From: Amoebidium appalachense
Lineage: Eukaryota; Protista; Ichthyosporea
Assembly: GCA_963693365.1 (NCBI GenBank)
Contig: CAVNZM010000007.1
Location: forward strand, 10,475,962 to 10,539,961
Direction of reading: 5' to 3'
DNA length: 64,000 bases
Shown here piece by piece: positions 1-12,806 of this stretch. Within the stretch, counting starts at the first letter, position 1. Every line of letters begins with the position of its first letter. Made by a program: the position numbers and the translations under genes. Below the pieces are notes generated by a model. The model was given only the letters and a program-made list of their open reading frames with translations. It searched no databases and had not been told where the DNA came from.

Positions 1-501
1 CGTGTACTTGTGGGTATGGGTGTGATGGTGTGCACCCAGCACTTCATGCTGTGTGCATTGGCTGATATTTCACAGATACCGGCCGAAGATGTGGTAGAAA
101 ACGAAGGGAAGGAAAGTCCCGGCAGGAGGGAAGAGGCAAATGGAGGCCAAGGGAGGGACCGAGGTAGAAGGAGAGGGGGGTGGGGGGGTGGGTGGGGGGG
201 GGAGGGGGGGGGGGCAAAGAGGTGTATGTGTGTGTGTGTGTGTGTGTGTATGGGGGGGGGGGGAGGGCTAGGGGGGGGGGGCACAGATTTATTGTTTGGC
301 GGGTAACAACCGTGTGGGTGGGTGGTGGTGGTGGTGGTGTTGGTTGGGGGGGGGGGGGGGGGGGGGGGGGAGGGGGGGGGAGGGGTTAGACAGAGAGAAA
401 GCGGGAGAGACCGAGGGAGGGAGGAGGGGAAGGAGGGGGAGAGCAAGAGAGTTTTTGCTCTCGGAAACACGGGAAGAGAGGTGTGGGTTCCGATCGGGAT
501 G

Positions 502-538
<37 letters not shown>

Positions 539-586
539 TAAGGGGGTTAGACAGAGCGAAAGAGTGAGAGAAAGGGAGGGGGGGAT

Positions 587-622
<36 letters not shown>

Positions 623-823
623 GGGAGGGAGAGAGAGAGTGATCTTTGATTTGCCCTCGGAAACACGGGGGAAGAGGTGGGTTCCGAGGGGGGCACGGGC
701 AGGGGCTGAAATACAATAAGTTCTATCAGGCAAGAGAGCCAGGTGTGCACAGATCTACAGATATCTGTGCACACAGAAACAAGGGAGAGAGAGAGAGATA
801 CGGGGGGGGGGGGGGGGGGGGGG

Positions 824-867
<44 letters not shown>

Positions 868-914
868 AAAAGAGAAAAGGGAGGGAGGGGGGAGAGCACA
901 AAGAAGGAGAGCAG

Positions 915-1057
915 ACACGAATACAAACAAAGCTAAGACACATACATACTTCAAGACTCTTGCTGTCCTACGTAGTGACGTATTCCAACACGAATACAAG
1001 CAAAGCTAAGACACATACATACTTCAAGACTCTTGCTGTCCTACGTAGTGACGTATT
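915..1057. repeat. Near-perfect tandem duplication, 73-bp period, 2 copies
   Basis: ACACGAATACAA...CCTACGTAGTGACGTATT occurs at 915 and again at 988. Confidence 0.9.
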
Positions 1058-1901
1058 GTTGTAGTACTAAGTATCTACATGTTTAAGATCTTTTCAGTTT
1101 GTGTTGTGTTTCAGTTCATGTGCTTAGCCATGATAAATGTCACACTCCTACTATGTAAAGTGTAGCATCGATCTCCGATATGCTTGTATACTTGTAATCG
1201 TGTTGTATCGGCTTTAATCGTGTGTTGCAATATCGATTAGAATATGAAAATGTGTGTACACGGATCCACCCACTCAGGGAAGGACGTGTACATGTTCGTG
1301 TGTACATAAATATCTTTAGTTATAGTTATAAGTTATTACTATCTTGTTTGTTGATCTGTGCTCTTTTCTCCTTTCTCTTTCTCCTTCTTTATTTTCTTTT
1401 CTTTCTCTCCTTGTTTTCATGTGTATAATCGTATTTCTTTTCTACTCATATATGTTAGGTAGATTTGTGTTACTTAATATGTGTTGATTGGACGGTAACA
1501 CACTTAGGCTACACTTGGGTTGACATCATCAGTGTGTGATTAGACTTCATTAATTTACTTTAGTTTTCATGTGTTGCCGTGCTTTAACCAATCATCAAGG
1601 TTAAGTGTGGTATGTCTGAGTCTTTGCATAGTGTCACAGGTTAGAACCTCGATAATGACGCAAGTTGATCTTCGCTAGTGTCTGTGCCCTATCCTGTACA
1701 TATCCGCGTACCGGATCTCTCTGAAAGCAATTAGTTCTTAGTGATTGGTTTCTTTTAGAGACAGATCTGATTTCCGACTGGTCGGAAATCATGGATAGGT
1801 TTGACTTAAGGGATTACGAGTATATATACGAGATCGGAATAAATTTAGTTCAGTCGTGTCTAAACATTGATGTCTGTTGTGTACCAGTACTGCTCCGATC
1901 G

Positions 1902-1939
<38 letters not shown>

Positions 1940-2353
1940 AAGAAAAACAACTTTCTTTCATTCCTTTCTTTCTTTCTAAGGTTATGTCGGGCCATTCCTC
2001 AAACGTAGCATGTGATTATGAACGGAGCCGGCCAATGCTACCACTAATACTGTAGTTGGGCTAATTAGTGATTGCAAAGCACCCGTTAACGTTGTGTTGT
2101 AACACTTAACAGCTTCTTAACAGCTGAATATTGATAGATAGCAATATATACGTTACAACAAGAACACTCGCACGTCGGCAGGGCAACATGGGCCACTAGT
2201 ACTGACAAAGAGCAATGTCAGATTTATAGACAGATGCGGACTGGAAATCTAAGATCCATAAACAGGATTAAAAAGGGAAAACAGCATTAAATTTATATCA
2301 TAATATAATAAGGCCGTAGGTTCAAGTTCTTTAATACCTAAAATAATTTATAC

Positions 2354-2426
2354 GGGAATGTAGATTAATTGGTAAAGCATTAACTTACTACGTTGAAGGT
2401 TCTCGGGTTAAGTCCGGGTATTCTCA
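2354..2426 (+). pseudogene. Degenerate AT-rich tRNA-like sequence (possible organelle-derived tRNA pseudogene)
   Basis: 73-nt cloverleaf: acceptor GGGAATG/TATTCTC+A, D-loop AATTGGTA, anticodon stem TTAAC/GTTGA with loop TTACTAC (anticodon reads ACT), T-stem CTCGG/CCGGG. The T-loop GTTAAGT is non-canonical and the D-stem has a mismatch. Confidence 0.45.
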
Positions 2427-3558
2427 CAGAGTTCTTGCTACTTTAACCATACGAACTCGCCGTTTCAATCACAGAGTTCTTGCTACTTTAACCATACGAA
2501 CTCGCCGTTTCAAGAACATAAGACTATTTATCTTAGTGACAAGTTCTTGATCGAGGAGGAGTAGAACTTGCGACAGATTCGGAGTGGAAATCTAAGATCC
2601 ATAAACAGGATTAAAAGGGAAAACAGCATAAAATTTATATCATAAAATAAAAAGTATAAATGTGCCGTTTGGTCAACAAACTGGCAACTGTCGGCCTGCA
2701 TCAACATTTTCAATGACACGTGGGCCAAATCACGTGCACAGCACATGGTGGTGAGGTGCAAAATATGCACCCACTAAGTGTTTCTATTATCATAATGTAC
2801 AAGTTGTGTTTTCTGCACAGCGCATTACTTATCGCTGTTCCCGACTGTGCCCTAAGAATATGTATGTATACATATCGCTTCTCCAGGGAAAAGAATTAAA
2901 GGTTAAGCATATGGCTGTTGTGTGTATTTTCTTACAACCCCAGTTATAGTGCCTGCACCCTAGCTGTATGGTTGCAGGGATTATAGGTCTGTGAGTGCAA
3001 GCGAACAGAACAACACTCCTGCGCTTGCTCTAATACTAATGGTCATGGCACTGTGTGTGAACCATGTGTGGGCGAACATGCGTACACGTGAAAGAAACCG
3101 TGCTGTATATGGGCACGTGCAGGCATGCTTATTTGTTACTATGCACCTGGGTGTCACCGTGTGTGCTCGTATGCACATGCAACTGGGGTCTCGTAATATA
3201 TAAGCCAATAATGCTTTAACGTAATCATGTGTGTCTAGATCTGTAGGCACCTTCTAACGATCATTATACCAAACACCAATACTTATTCCCTGGGCCTGCC
3301 CCTCAACTCCACGGTGGCTGGCTTGATGTTGACTATTGGCTTGGTGGGTGCCAGCTTGCACGTGCTGCGGTAGGATGATGCACTGGTGATCCCCAATGCC
3401 CGCCTGTGATTGGTTGGTGTGTTAGATCCGCAATAGATCCGTGCTGATGATTGGCTCTGCAGAGATTGGTATTCATACGACAGAAATATAAGCCAGTGGC
3501 GTCTTTGTCTTTTGATTGGCACCCATGAACATCATCTACGCGGTGACACCTCATCCCC

Positions 3559-4065
3559 CTATACTGCCCCGGGCTTGCCGTTTGCCCAACACCCAAAACC
3601 TTCCGTCTCTCTGGTGAGGCCATCACTACCACTAGTGTGCATCCCTCCTCCCCCCTCCCCCCTCCCCTCCTCCTCCCCCCCCCCCCCCCCTCCCCCCCTC
3701 CCCCCCCTCCTCCCCCCCCCCCCCCCCCCCCCCTCCGGAAAAAAACAAGAAAACAGAGATATACACGGAGAAGGGGTCTATCTTCTTGCGGAATACTCCC
3801 CCCCCCCCCCCCCCCCTCCCACCCCCCCCCCCACCCCCCAAACGACCCCCTCCGTAAATCCACCACTTCCCAATACTCCTCCTCCCCCCCCCCCCTCCCT
3901 CCCCCCCACCCCCCAAACGACCCCCTCCATAAATCCACCACTTCCCAATACTCCTCCCCCCCCCCCTTCTCCCTCCCCCCTGGCACCCCCCAAACAACCC
4001 CCTCCATAAATCCACCACTTCCCAAGGAAAAAAGACATGGTTTAAAGTGTGTGTGTTTTTCTTTT

Positions 4066-4109
<44 letters not shown>

Positions 4110-4472
4110 GGGCAGGGATAAACTGACCTCACGAAGTCACGAGCCATGAGGGCATGGGTTGTGGCCGAGGGGTTCTTCCTATCCCACCACATGTACTGCA
4201 GTGGGCGGTCACAGATAGTAAAGGTGGACTGGTTGAGTGCCAGGGTGTAGTCATAGCAGGGGCTGTGTATGTCTGTGAAGGTGTTTGGGTAGCGGCTAGG
4301 GACGGTGGTGAGGGTGGTTGCCATGTCGAAGAAGAGGATGCCGTCGTGCTGAAGGGCATCGGCTAGAGATGTGACAGATGCTTCGAGCGCTGTGTGTGTG
4401 TGTGTGTGTGTGTAGGGGGGGGGGGGGGGGGGGGGGGAGGGGGGGAGGGGGGAGGGGGGATGGGGGTGGGTT

Positions 4473-4557
<85 letters not shown>

Positions 4558-6075
4558 CGTGTATGTTTTGTGTGGGGAGGGGGGGGAGGGAGGGGGAGAG
4601 AGGAGGGGAGGGAGAGGGAGGGGGTTAGGATCGTGATAGAGTACGTCATACAAATTGACGACGGACAAAACAAAGGAGATTAGAACACACACACACACAG
4701 GAGGCACACACACACACACACAGGAGCACACATGAAGTGTATGCATGAATAGGTCTGGGGGATGGGGGAGCCGAGGGGGGGGGAGGGCAGGGCGGAGGGG
4801 CCAGGGAAGGGGGAGGCAGGGGGGAGACCCAGTGCGGGAAAGGAGGGAGCAGATGTGTGTGTGTGTGTGTGTGTGTGTGCGTATGTATGTGTGTGTGTGT
4901 GTGTGTGCAATAGTGTTCTTACACATTGTTGTGTGTACATGGTAGCAGACCAGTGTGAAGCTGGGGTTGGGCGGTGTGGGGATGGGTAGGTTGGTGGGTG
5001 GGTGGGGAGGGGAAGGGGGAGGGGGGGGAGGGACGGCAGTGGGTACGTGGGTGGGGGGGTGGGGGGGTCGGGGGGTGGGTGGGTGAGTGGGTGGGTGGGG
5101 GGGGGGGGAAGGGGTCTGACAAAATATGTGAACACATTAGCCACATAAGCGAACCCAACACAGCCGCGGAAACCCCTAAAGCAAAACGGGGAGGGGGTGG
5201 GGGGTGGGAGGGGGGGATGGAGGATTGGAACGAATGAGAAAATTGGAGGAAGCCAGGTGGGAGGGCGCGGCAGGGGGGGGGAGGGGGAGAGGGGGGGGGG
5301 GGGGGGATGGGAAAGCCCGGAATTGCTGCGGTGCATTGGCCTATCGTACGGTCTGTGTTGCAGAGGGACACTAAAGAGATGGCTATGCAACCAGAAAAAC
5401 AAGGAAGCAATTAGAGCAATCGATTTGAAATCCTGGCAATCAAACCCTGTCCATCATACTCGTAGCTCGTGCACAAAGAGAGACAAGTTTCACCCCACAC
5501 CACAACCTTCCAACTAGCAATGACATCCTTCCCCTCCAATGGCATTCCTTTATATCCTCCTACATGCACCCCCCCCCCCCCCCCCCCCCCCCCTTCCCCC
5601 ACCACCACCACCACCAACCCACCCACCCCACCCCTTTCCTCCCCCCCACACACCCAGGGCGCACACACATACAATGATGCACGGGGTAGGGTATCGCACA
5701 CAAACACATGAACACAGGTGCACACACACAAAGACAGACAAGCACGGGCAGGCACGCACCCACCGACCCACACACGCACGCACACACACACACATACATG
5801 CCCTCGCGCGCGCACGGCCGCGCGTGCACACACCCACACACCCACAAACCCACACACATGCACATCCACACACACACACACACCTATGTTTGTGATGTTG
5901 AGTGTGATGTTGTCTTTCGGCACCATGCGGGGATTAGGGGCCACAGTCATGACGGCAATGTGTTGGGCCCCTGCCTGAAGAAGAAGACCCACAGACTGCA
6001 TGATGGCCTGCACACTGCCAAGGGGGGACACGGTGAAGTCTGTGTACGTGTGTGTGTGTATGTTTGTGTGTATAC

Positions 6076-6150
<75 letters not shown>

Positions 6151-6227
6151 GACGCATATGCATGTGGCGTGCGTCCACTCGTGTGTGCGTGTGTGTGTGT
6201 GTGTATAAGTTTTGGGCAGATGTGCAG

Positions 6228-6273
<46 letters not shown>

Positions 6274-6427
6274 ACGTGCCCGTGAACGTGCAGGTGAACG
6301 GGTATGTGTATGTGTGTGAGTGTGGCACCTGGGTGTGAGTTTGTATGTTGGTAGGGTAGGCTCAGGTGCCTGTCGATGGATCCTCAACATAAAACAGGCC
6401 TAGACACGACCTACAGGCTCCGGGGGT

Positions 6428-6512
<85 letters not shown>

Positions 6513-8215
6513 GGGCGGGGGGAGGGGGCGCGGGGGGTTGAATGCGCCATAGAGTACGAAGGGGCCCGGGGAATAGGGGGTGTTGCAGCAGGGAGGAAGG
6601 GCCAGGGAATGAAGAGATAGATCGGGGGGGGGGGGGGGGGGGTTTGAATGCGTCATAAAGTACGAAGTACACAAGAACAACGGATAACACGATGCAGAAT
6701 GCAAATCATACATAAAGAGTATGCATAATAAGCAGAGCCCATCCTCAGGGGGGGGGGGAGCAGACAAAGTTTGGCGACACTTCTAGTTTGTGGGTGGAAG
6801 GAGACCTGGTGGAAGGGGGGGGGGGGGGGGAAGGAGAAAGGATTGAAGGTGAGTGGGCAGGGGGGGGGTCTATACCAGTGAGGAAAAAGTCGCTCACAGA
6901 GCCCCAGACAACATAAAGCGTGTTGTCGTCTACGTTGCCCTCTTTGATGTATTTCTTGACCTGCACAAAGTATCGAGATCTCAGTGCTATTTAGCTCAAC
7001 TGTGCAAGTAGACAGCTAATATGCTGAAAGTAGTTGCGAGTGTGTTAGGAAGTGAGGCTGTGCAGGACATGAAAGGCGCTTGGTTTCTTTTTGGGCAACA
7101 AACTCAAGTTGTGCGGTATCGTGATCTTAGGTGACACAATAAATATGTTTTATCATGCATGTCCACACGGTATTTGTCCACAAAAACGTTAACACACGTG
7201 GATGGCCCGGTGTATGGCAGGCTAGCCCATGCAGAATTGCCGGTGTGCATACGGAGGTTAAGGTTATTTGTACGTGTGCCGGTGGACCCTCGGGCGTATG
7301 GGAGAGGAGGGGAGGGGAGGGGATGTGTGAGTGTGTGCGTGGGGGAGAGGTGGGGGGGGAGGAGAGGTGTGTGTGGGGGGGAAGGGTGGAAGGGGGGGAG
7401 GGGGGTGCGCGTACCACTTCGTCCATAGGGGGGGGCACAATAGCATAGGGGTCAGACCGCAGTGGGTTGAGTCTAAAGTCCGGCTGGGTTGCGTTCGGTA
7501 TTCTGTGGGTGGTACTGCCTGCATAGGCATGGCTGGACAGGGAAAGGCCTAGACTGTTGGCTGCACGCTCGGCCCACACTGCACCGTCTGTGCATAGGCA
7601 AGGGGGGGTGAGCGGAGATTACATTGAAAAGGGTGCTGAGCAAAGATGACATAAAACACACTATGCAATTTCTACTCATACTCATGCACATCACTAAACC
7701 AAGCCTCCCTGAAAACCTTACTGGTGTCCTGCAACCACGCATCTTCCTGGTATAGCTATACTGTACGACATGTACCAGTGGCAACCTCACCATCCATGTG
7801 TACGGCTGCACTTACTTGTGAATCTGCCGTCGTGGTAAGGCGGGGAGACAGGGTACCTCTCGTCACTGAGCACAAACAGGTTGCCAGTGTCCGAATATGC
7901 ATCCCCAAACACCACCATGTTCTTCAGACACGGTATGCGCCACCTGCTGCTCGGCCTCTGGTCCTTCATCAAATCTTCCGTGGCAATAAAGTCGAGGAGG
8001 TCTATGTTGGAGAGGTGCTCTTCAGTGATGTTTTTGCTGGTGGCTGTGACGTTTCCTTGTGTACTAGTGGGTTTGTATGAGGAGTTTCTTGTGGTGACAG
8101 ACCTCACGGCCATTCTGTGGGTGTGTTGGGCCCCTGCCGGGTGGAGGTGTGCACACAGTGAGAGGGAAAGAAGGGCCAGGACCCTTTTCACTCCGCGCTG
8201 TCTGTGTGGTTCCAT
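3559..8215 (-). CDS. Secreted SGNH/GDSL hydrolase-fold protein, catalytically degenerate
   Basis: Phase-consistent GT-AG exons 8215-7816, 7587-7415, 6960-6876, 6039-5884, 4389-4128, plus an uncertain last exon ~3610-3559. It has a signal-peptide-like N-terminus and GDSL-family motifs VFGDAYSDTGN, YHDGRFTNGAVW, AYAGS, LYVVWGSVSD, AGAQHI and YMWWDRKNPSATTH. Confidence 0.85.
3790..4025. repeat. Imperfect ~70-bp tandem repeat (about 3 copies) with poly-C spacers, intronic
   Basis: CCCCCAAACGACCCCCTCCRTAAATCCACCACTTCCCAA recurs three times. Confidence 0.8.
4625..4683 (-). mobile_element. Poly(C)-associated repeat family, diverged 3' fragment
   Basis: GTCCGTCGTCAATTTGTATGACGTACTCTATCACGATCCTAACCCC aligns by eye to the 3' part of the 41331-41437 copy. 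Confidence 0.4.
6538..6750 (-). mobile_element. Poly(C)-associated repeat family: core copy (6643-6750) plus short 3' fragment (6538-6562)
   Basis: CCTGAGGATGGGCTCTGCTTATTATGCATAC...GACGCATTCAAA followed by poly(C); nearly identical to the copies at 30469 and 41331. Confidence 0.8.
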
Positions 8216-8974
8216 CCTGCCTGCCACTTATACGACACGACAGCGTGGGTTCACTTTGAAAGATGTTGCCTAGGTGGTAGGTTGCAGCCAGTGACACTGA
8301 CGATTGCGTTTTGTAGGCACCTGTTTCCGAAGATCCAGCCTTAGAATAGAAGAAGATGGGGTATTGAACAGCTATGGAGAGTTATGTGCAGGGTGTCCAA
8401 CAGAGGGATTTTAGCAATCCTCTAGCCTTTGCTGCTCTGCAAAATGGGTCGAACGGTCTGCACACTACACAGTTGTCCTTTTAGCTGGGCTGATATTGGC
8501 AACAGTGTGACCCACACACCTACGAAGTGGTTGGTCCGAGTGTAGTTGTAGTTGTGTCTATGTAGTGCCTGCACAAAGCTACACCTGAAAGCGCGCTGTT
8601 GGCACTGTGGGCATGGGCAAGCAAACAATCCCTGAACGCAAACAGAGCTGGGAAGCGGCAAGCTGTAGCTGGCCTTCTGTGAAGTTCACTGCTAGCTTTG
8701 AAAGTTTGAAGCTGCGTCCGAGTGACTCGTTGTTGCCATTGTTGTCGGGTCTATGTCTCATGAGCCTGTACATGCACTTGCGCCAAGGGTTTGAAACGGT
8801 CTGTCTGTGATGATGAAAAGCTCAAACATGCAAACATATGGGTGGGTGGGAAACCTGCAAATATGAGAATACAGCCTCTTAAAAAACCTTGTAACTATTA
8901 TTTAACACTAATATTTGTTTGGCTTGCGCGTTAATAACTTGGTCAAGAGTAGCTCTTGCCAGGCTGTGATTCTG

Positions 8975-9550
8975 TGAAATTAGGGGTTTATTGGCCAGAA
9001 AATTGCCCCTGAAAGTCCGAAAATTGTCCCTAACTTTTTGAGGTTAGGTCCATCAAATTTCCAAAAACTTGCTTTTACAGAGCCAACTATATACAAAATT
9101 ACACCTAAAAACGGTTGTCTGGCCATACAGGCTGGTGGAAAGTTGCCAAAATGGCACCAGCCAAAAACAAATTTCACACCCTGAAGCCTCTTGCGCGTCA
9201 TTGTCAAAATAGTGATCCCTGCTGATTGGTCACCTAAATGTGCCAGGCCCCTTTGTCATTGGTTTAACGTTTCGCGTTTACTGATTGGCTGTTGACATTA
9301 TTTGGAGCAGGGTGTGAAATTGTCCTTGGTTAAAAACTTAGTGCCATTTTAGCAGCTCTCACGGGCCACGGCCCAGGCTCCAGCGGAGTCCAGCCTTGTC
9401 ACCAACTGTTTTCAGGGGCATTTTCATAGTTTTAGTAAAATGTGTCTAATAGGGCTGATTGAAAAATTAATTCGCGGATAATATAATAAATTTAGGATAA
9501 GAAACACTTTTCTGGCTTTCAGGTGTGGCAAAATCACCAAAACAATTCCG
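8975..9550. mobile_element. Degenerate palindromic MITE-like element
   Basis: Nested inverted pairs: AATTTCACACCCTG/CAGGGTGTGAAATT, AAAATGGCAC/GTGCCATTTT, CCTGAAAG/CTTTCAGG. Ends and TSD are not resolved. Confidence 0.45.
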
Positions 9551-11855
9551 TGATGATCGATCACACCATGATGCATGAAACTGATAGGCTACTTCTATTT
9601 CTGGTTACAGACCATGGCTGCGAGCCTGCGTCGGCAATGCACTAGCCGTGAGCCAGGGGAATTTTCGTCGAGCACCTGCACCAATCATATCGCTTAATTT
9701 CTGGAATGGAATGTGACGTCAGACTTTTCGTCGATGCACCGCACCAATTGAATTATTGTAGACTACCATACCGTGGAATTGCGGCAAACCTACGAATCTT
9801 GAGAACTATTCCCAGAAACTCGTATATCTTGTGAAGGGATGATTATTTTTGAAAACGGAAAAAACCTTTATAACACAATTTTAAGTTCTCTAGTAGAAAC
9901 TTGTACTTAAAAACAATAAAGCGACAGCCGTTTAGTCCAGGCAGTTGATTTGTCGACCATACCTTCAAATCAATTAGAGAACCCTGTAGATCATGATAGG
10001 CTCTTGACTGTCGGATGATCGATCGATCACATGTCGCCGCAAAACAAAACAAGAGGTCCCGTCGAAGTGCCCACACTATCTATTCTCCCACTTTCTCCTA
10101 GCCCTTTTTACGGTCACTAAAACTCCGAGGCTTCGAGGCCAAACATACACAAGGACAAGTAAAATGGCATTTGCCGACATGATTCTTGTGCCCCGGCTTG
10201 ACACAAGCGACATGGTTGACATAGAGTACAAGGATGATGCGCAGTTCCCGATCATGTGTCCGCGCGAAATCATGGCGGCCTGGACATGTGGCGGCCAATT
10301 GAGCGCCGAATTTGGATCTGTCTCATGAATGCGGCAATCATTTTTAACCGGATGACGTTGAGCCAATAAAAAGTAGCGGTGCGCCAAAAATACGCACTCA
10401 CCAATGAACGTTGTCCAGCAATTTACCGCTTCTATTGGTTTAAACTGTATCGGCGTTATAAATACATGATATGTTACTTATCGGTAAGCGTTTTGAGTCC
10501 TTCACGGTTAGCTCGCAACCTAAACACCCAATCACATGTTACCTTAGAGTTTTTGTAGTAGCCGATGTGTGGGCACGGCCGGAATGTGGCGTGGACGAAG
10601 TATTTTGATTGGTTAGCGCACAAATGTCTTCCCAGGTGGCACATACGCGCCGCCCAAAGCTCGGAAAAGCAAAGAGCTTACCTCTATTTTCCTCTTGATT
10701 AACCATCTGAGAATATTTTGATGTGATGTAATATAAATATTATTTGATAAGAAAACTATACAATAGTTCTTGACCAACAAACGGGCGTGGCGCTGCAGCA
10801 GCTATTGGCAACTATGAACTGCTATATCGATTTCAGTTGGATGCAGTAGCACCACAAGTGTTCCGTGATTGGATAAAATCGCATCACAGTTATGGCCACG
10901 AGGATCGGGGCCGGGGGCCTTCTAGTGTGTTGTTTTTTTGGCATCAACGTGCTTACAATTTTATCATCGGTGGCAAATAGTATTAGCCTGAAAACAATAT
11001 TAACCAGTGCGTTTTACTCTATGCATAGAAATATTTTGTCTATGGTTTTAATTCCATTTTGAATATGCAATCGCAGACACCTTTCGGTCCCGGCCAGGTG
11101 TGCCCAGGAGCACAAAGCCTACACTGCTGCCAAAACGTAGTGCTAATGCAGGCACACACACACCTGTCGGTGTTACTAATGCGAATAGCGGAAACGCACA
11201 GGGTGCAACCAAAGCAAAACGAAGCAAGCGCGTTAGCGGGAAAAACAAACGCGATGCAGGTCTTACACCACAATATGGGCGCGCCATTCTGCCTAACGGT
11301 CCCCTGTCCAGGATGGTTGCAGACGTCTCAGATTTGGCCGTTTCACCACCCGACACAGAAACAGTCAACGAGGCCGAGGTAGGATGGGCCTTCATGACCA
11401 TTCGCCACGTCTTAAAGCAGCTCCCTGCGGGAAGCTTACGGGCAGAGCTTGTTTCGAGGGAGTCACTTGAGCTGTATCGGCAAGGGCATTGCTCCCAGGA
11501 GACGATGCTAATTACCGCGTTCTGTACCCTTGAAGACGATGTGAGAGGCGTGTTGCAACAACGTCCCGATGTGTACTTCGGCATACGCGGAAACCCACAC
11601 TTTCCCCAGCAACTAGAGAGCGAAGACCAAGCACCCGACAATATGCATGGTGAAACAGCGCCTCACACTGGTCCAAATAATCGGTCTGGGTCACACCGGC
11701 GTGGCATGCAACAAAAGGACAGTATTGTACATCTGTTGGATCACCCCGCACAACCATATAAGCCACGCCAGAACCAAATTGTCGTGCAGCAGAATCTCGT
11801 CCACTATAATCACTATTACAACACTCCACATGTGGCACCAGCAGCCAACGGAGCC

Positions 11856-12620
11856 TGTTGGACATTGTGTTCATAGAAGCTAGTTCTAGTGCACGTTGTT
11901 CCTTCTGTAAGTCAGAAATGATTGCATCTTGTGAGGCCAACCTCTGCTCCAGTAGTTGGACTAGTTGCTGCAACTGTAAGTTGTCAGACATAGTGTCGTG
12001 TATGATGGGTAACTAGTCTATGTGTTTTGTGCACTGGAAACGACAGTAGAAAAGTGTAAATCAAACGTTCTGCTTCCCATGTTTGTGACATGGGAGGCAC
12101 TGCTTTATATAGTCGTTGGCCACCTCATGGTGGCCTCGTGTGCACCCTGGTGGTGGGCCATGTACAGCATGGCCGAAAAGAGAGCACAATGAAAACAAGT
12201 CGTTAAAGATATAAAAGTTAACTGTGCACGTTGAGTGGCTAGTTAACTTGCACTAAAGCACACAAATAAACGTGTTTAACACACCAATTGCAGTTAAACG
12301 TAAATCTTGCTTCACACAACTAAAAATATTCTGAGAATATCCGGGAATAAAGCACACTACCACTCTAAGAATAGAATCCTGTGGCAAATATAGACATGAC
12401 ATCATCTGAACCGGGAATATTAATTAATGAGCACAATTAGCACGTTGCTAGTGAAGCTCGTCATTGGTACAGTTTTGGCTCAAACATATAACTACCATAT
12501 ATGAATATGACCGTAAACAAAAGCTCTATGCACTCGAGTGAGTGTTGAAACAGTTATTCAATTGCTCAGAAACTTTCTCTAACAGACATTGCTAGCCGGG
12601 AGTACCAGTGTACTCCAACA
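11856..12620 (-). repeat. 3' LTR (765 bp)
   Basis: TGTTGGA...TCCAACA inverted termini; no difference from 16971-17735 seen by eye. Confidence 0.97.
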
Positions 12621-12806
12621 CCCCTACTCAATTGGATAATTGTGGTATGAATTAATGCAACTGAGCTCGAGTGCTTCAGGTGCACAAAATACAGACAATA
12701 AAGATTCCCCTACTCAATTTTAGTATGGTACACGTAGTTGCACAGTCGGATGCAACTCTCTCCCCCCCCCTGAAGTATGAGGGCGCAGTTGGTTGATGAC
12801 GGGTGC

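Noticed and set aside
1057-2160. Possible solo LTR (TGTTGTA...TACAACA termini, ~1.1 kb)
   Set aside because: No target-site duplication (CGTAT vs AGAAC), no PBS or PPT and no second copy in the window.
4919-5410. Extra exons in the GDSL gene needing GC or GG donors
   Set aside because: Exons ending at 5884 and starting at 4389 join directly in phase (NI-A-LEASV), so no extra exons are needed.
10895-10930. Helitron-like 3' end (GC-rich stretch followed by CTAGT); similar at ~2196 and ~28435
   Set aside because: The hairpins are weak or wrongly spaced, and no matching 5' TC end or second copy was found.
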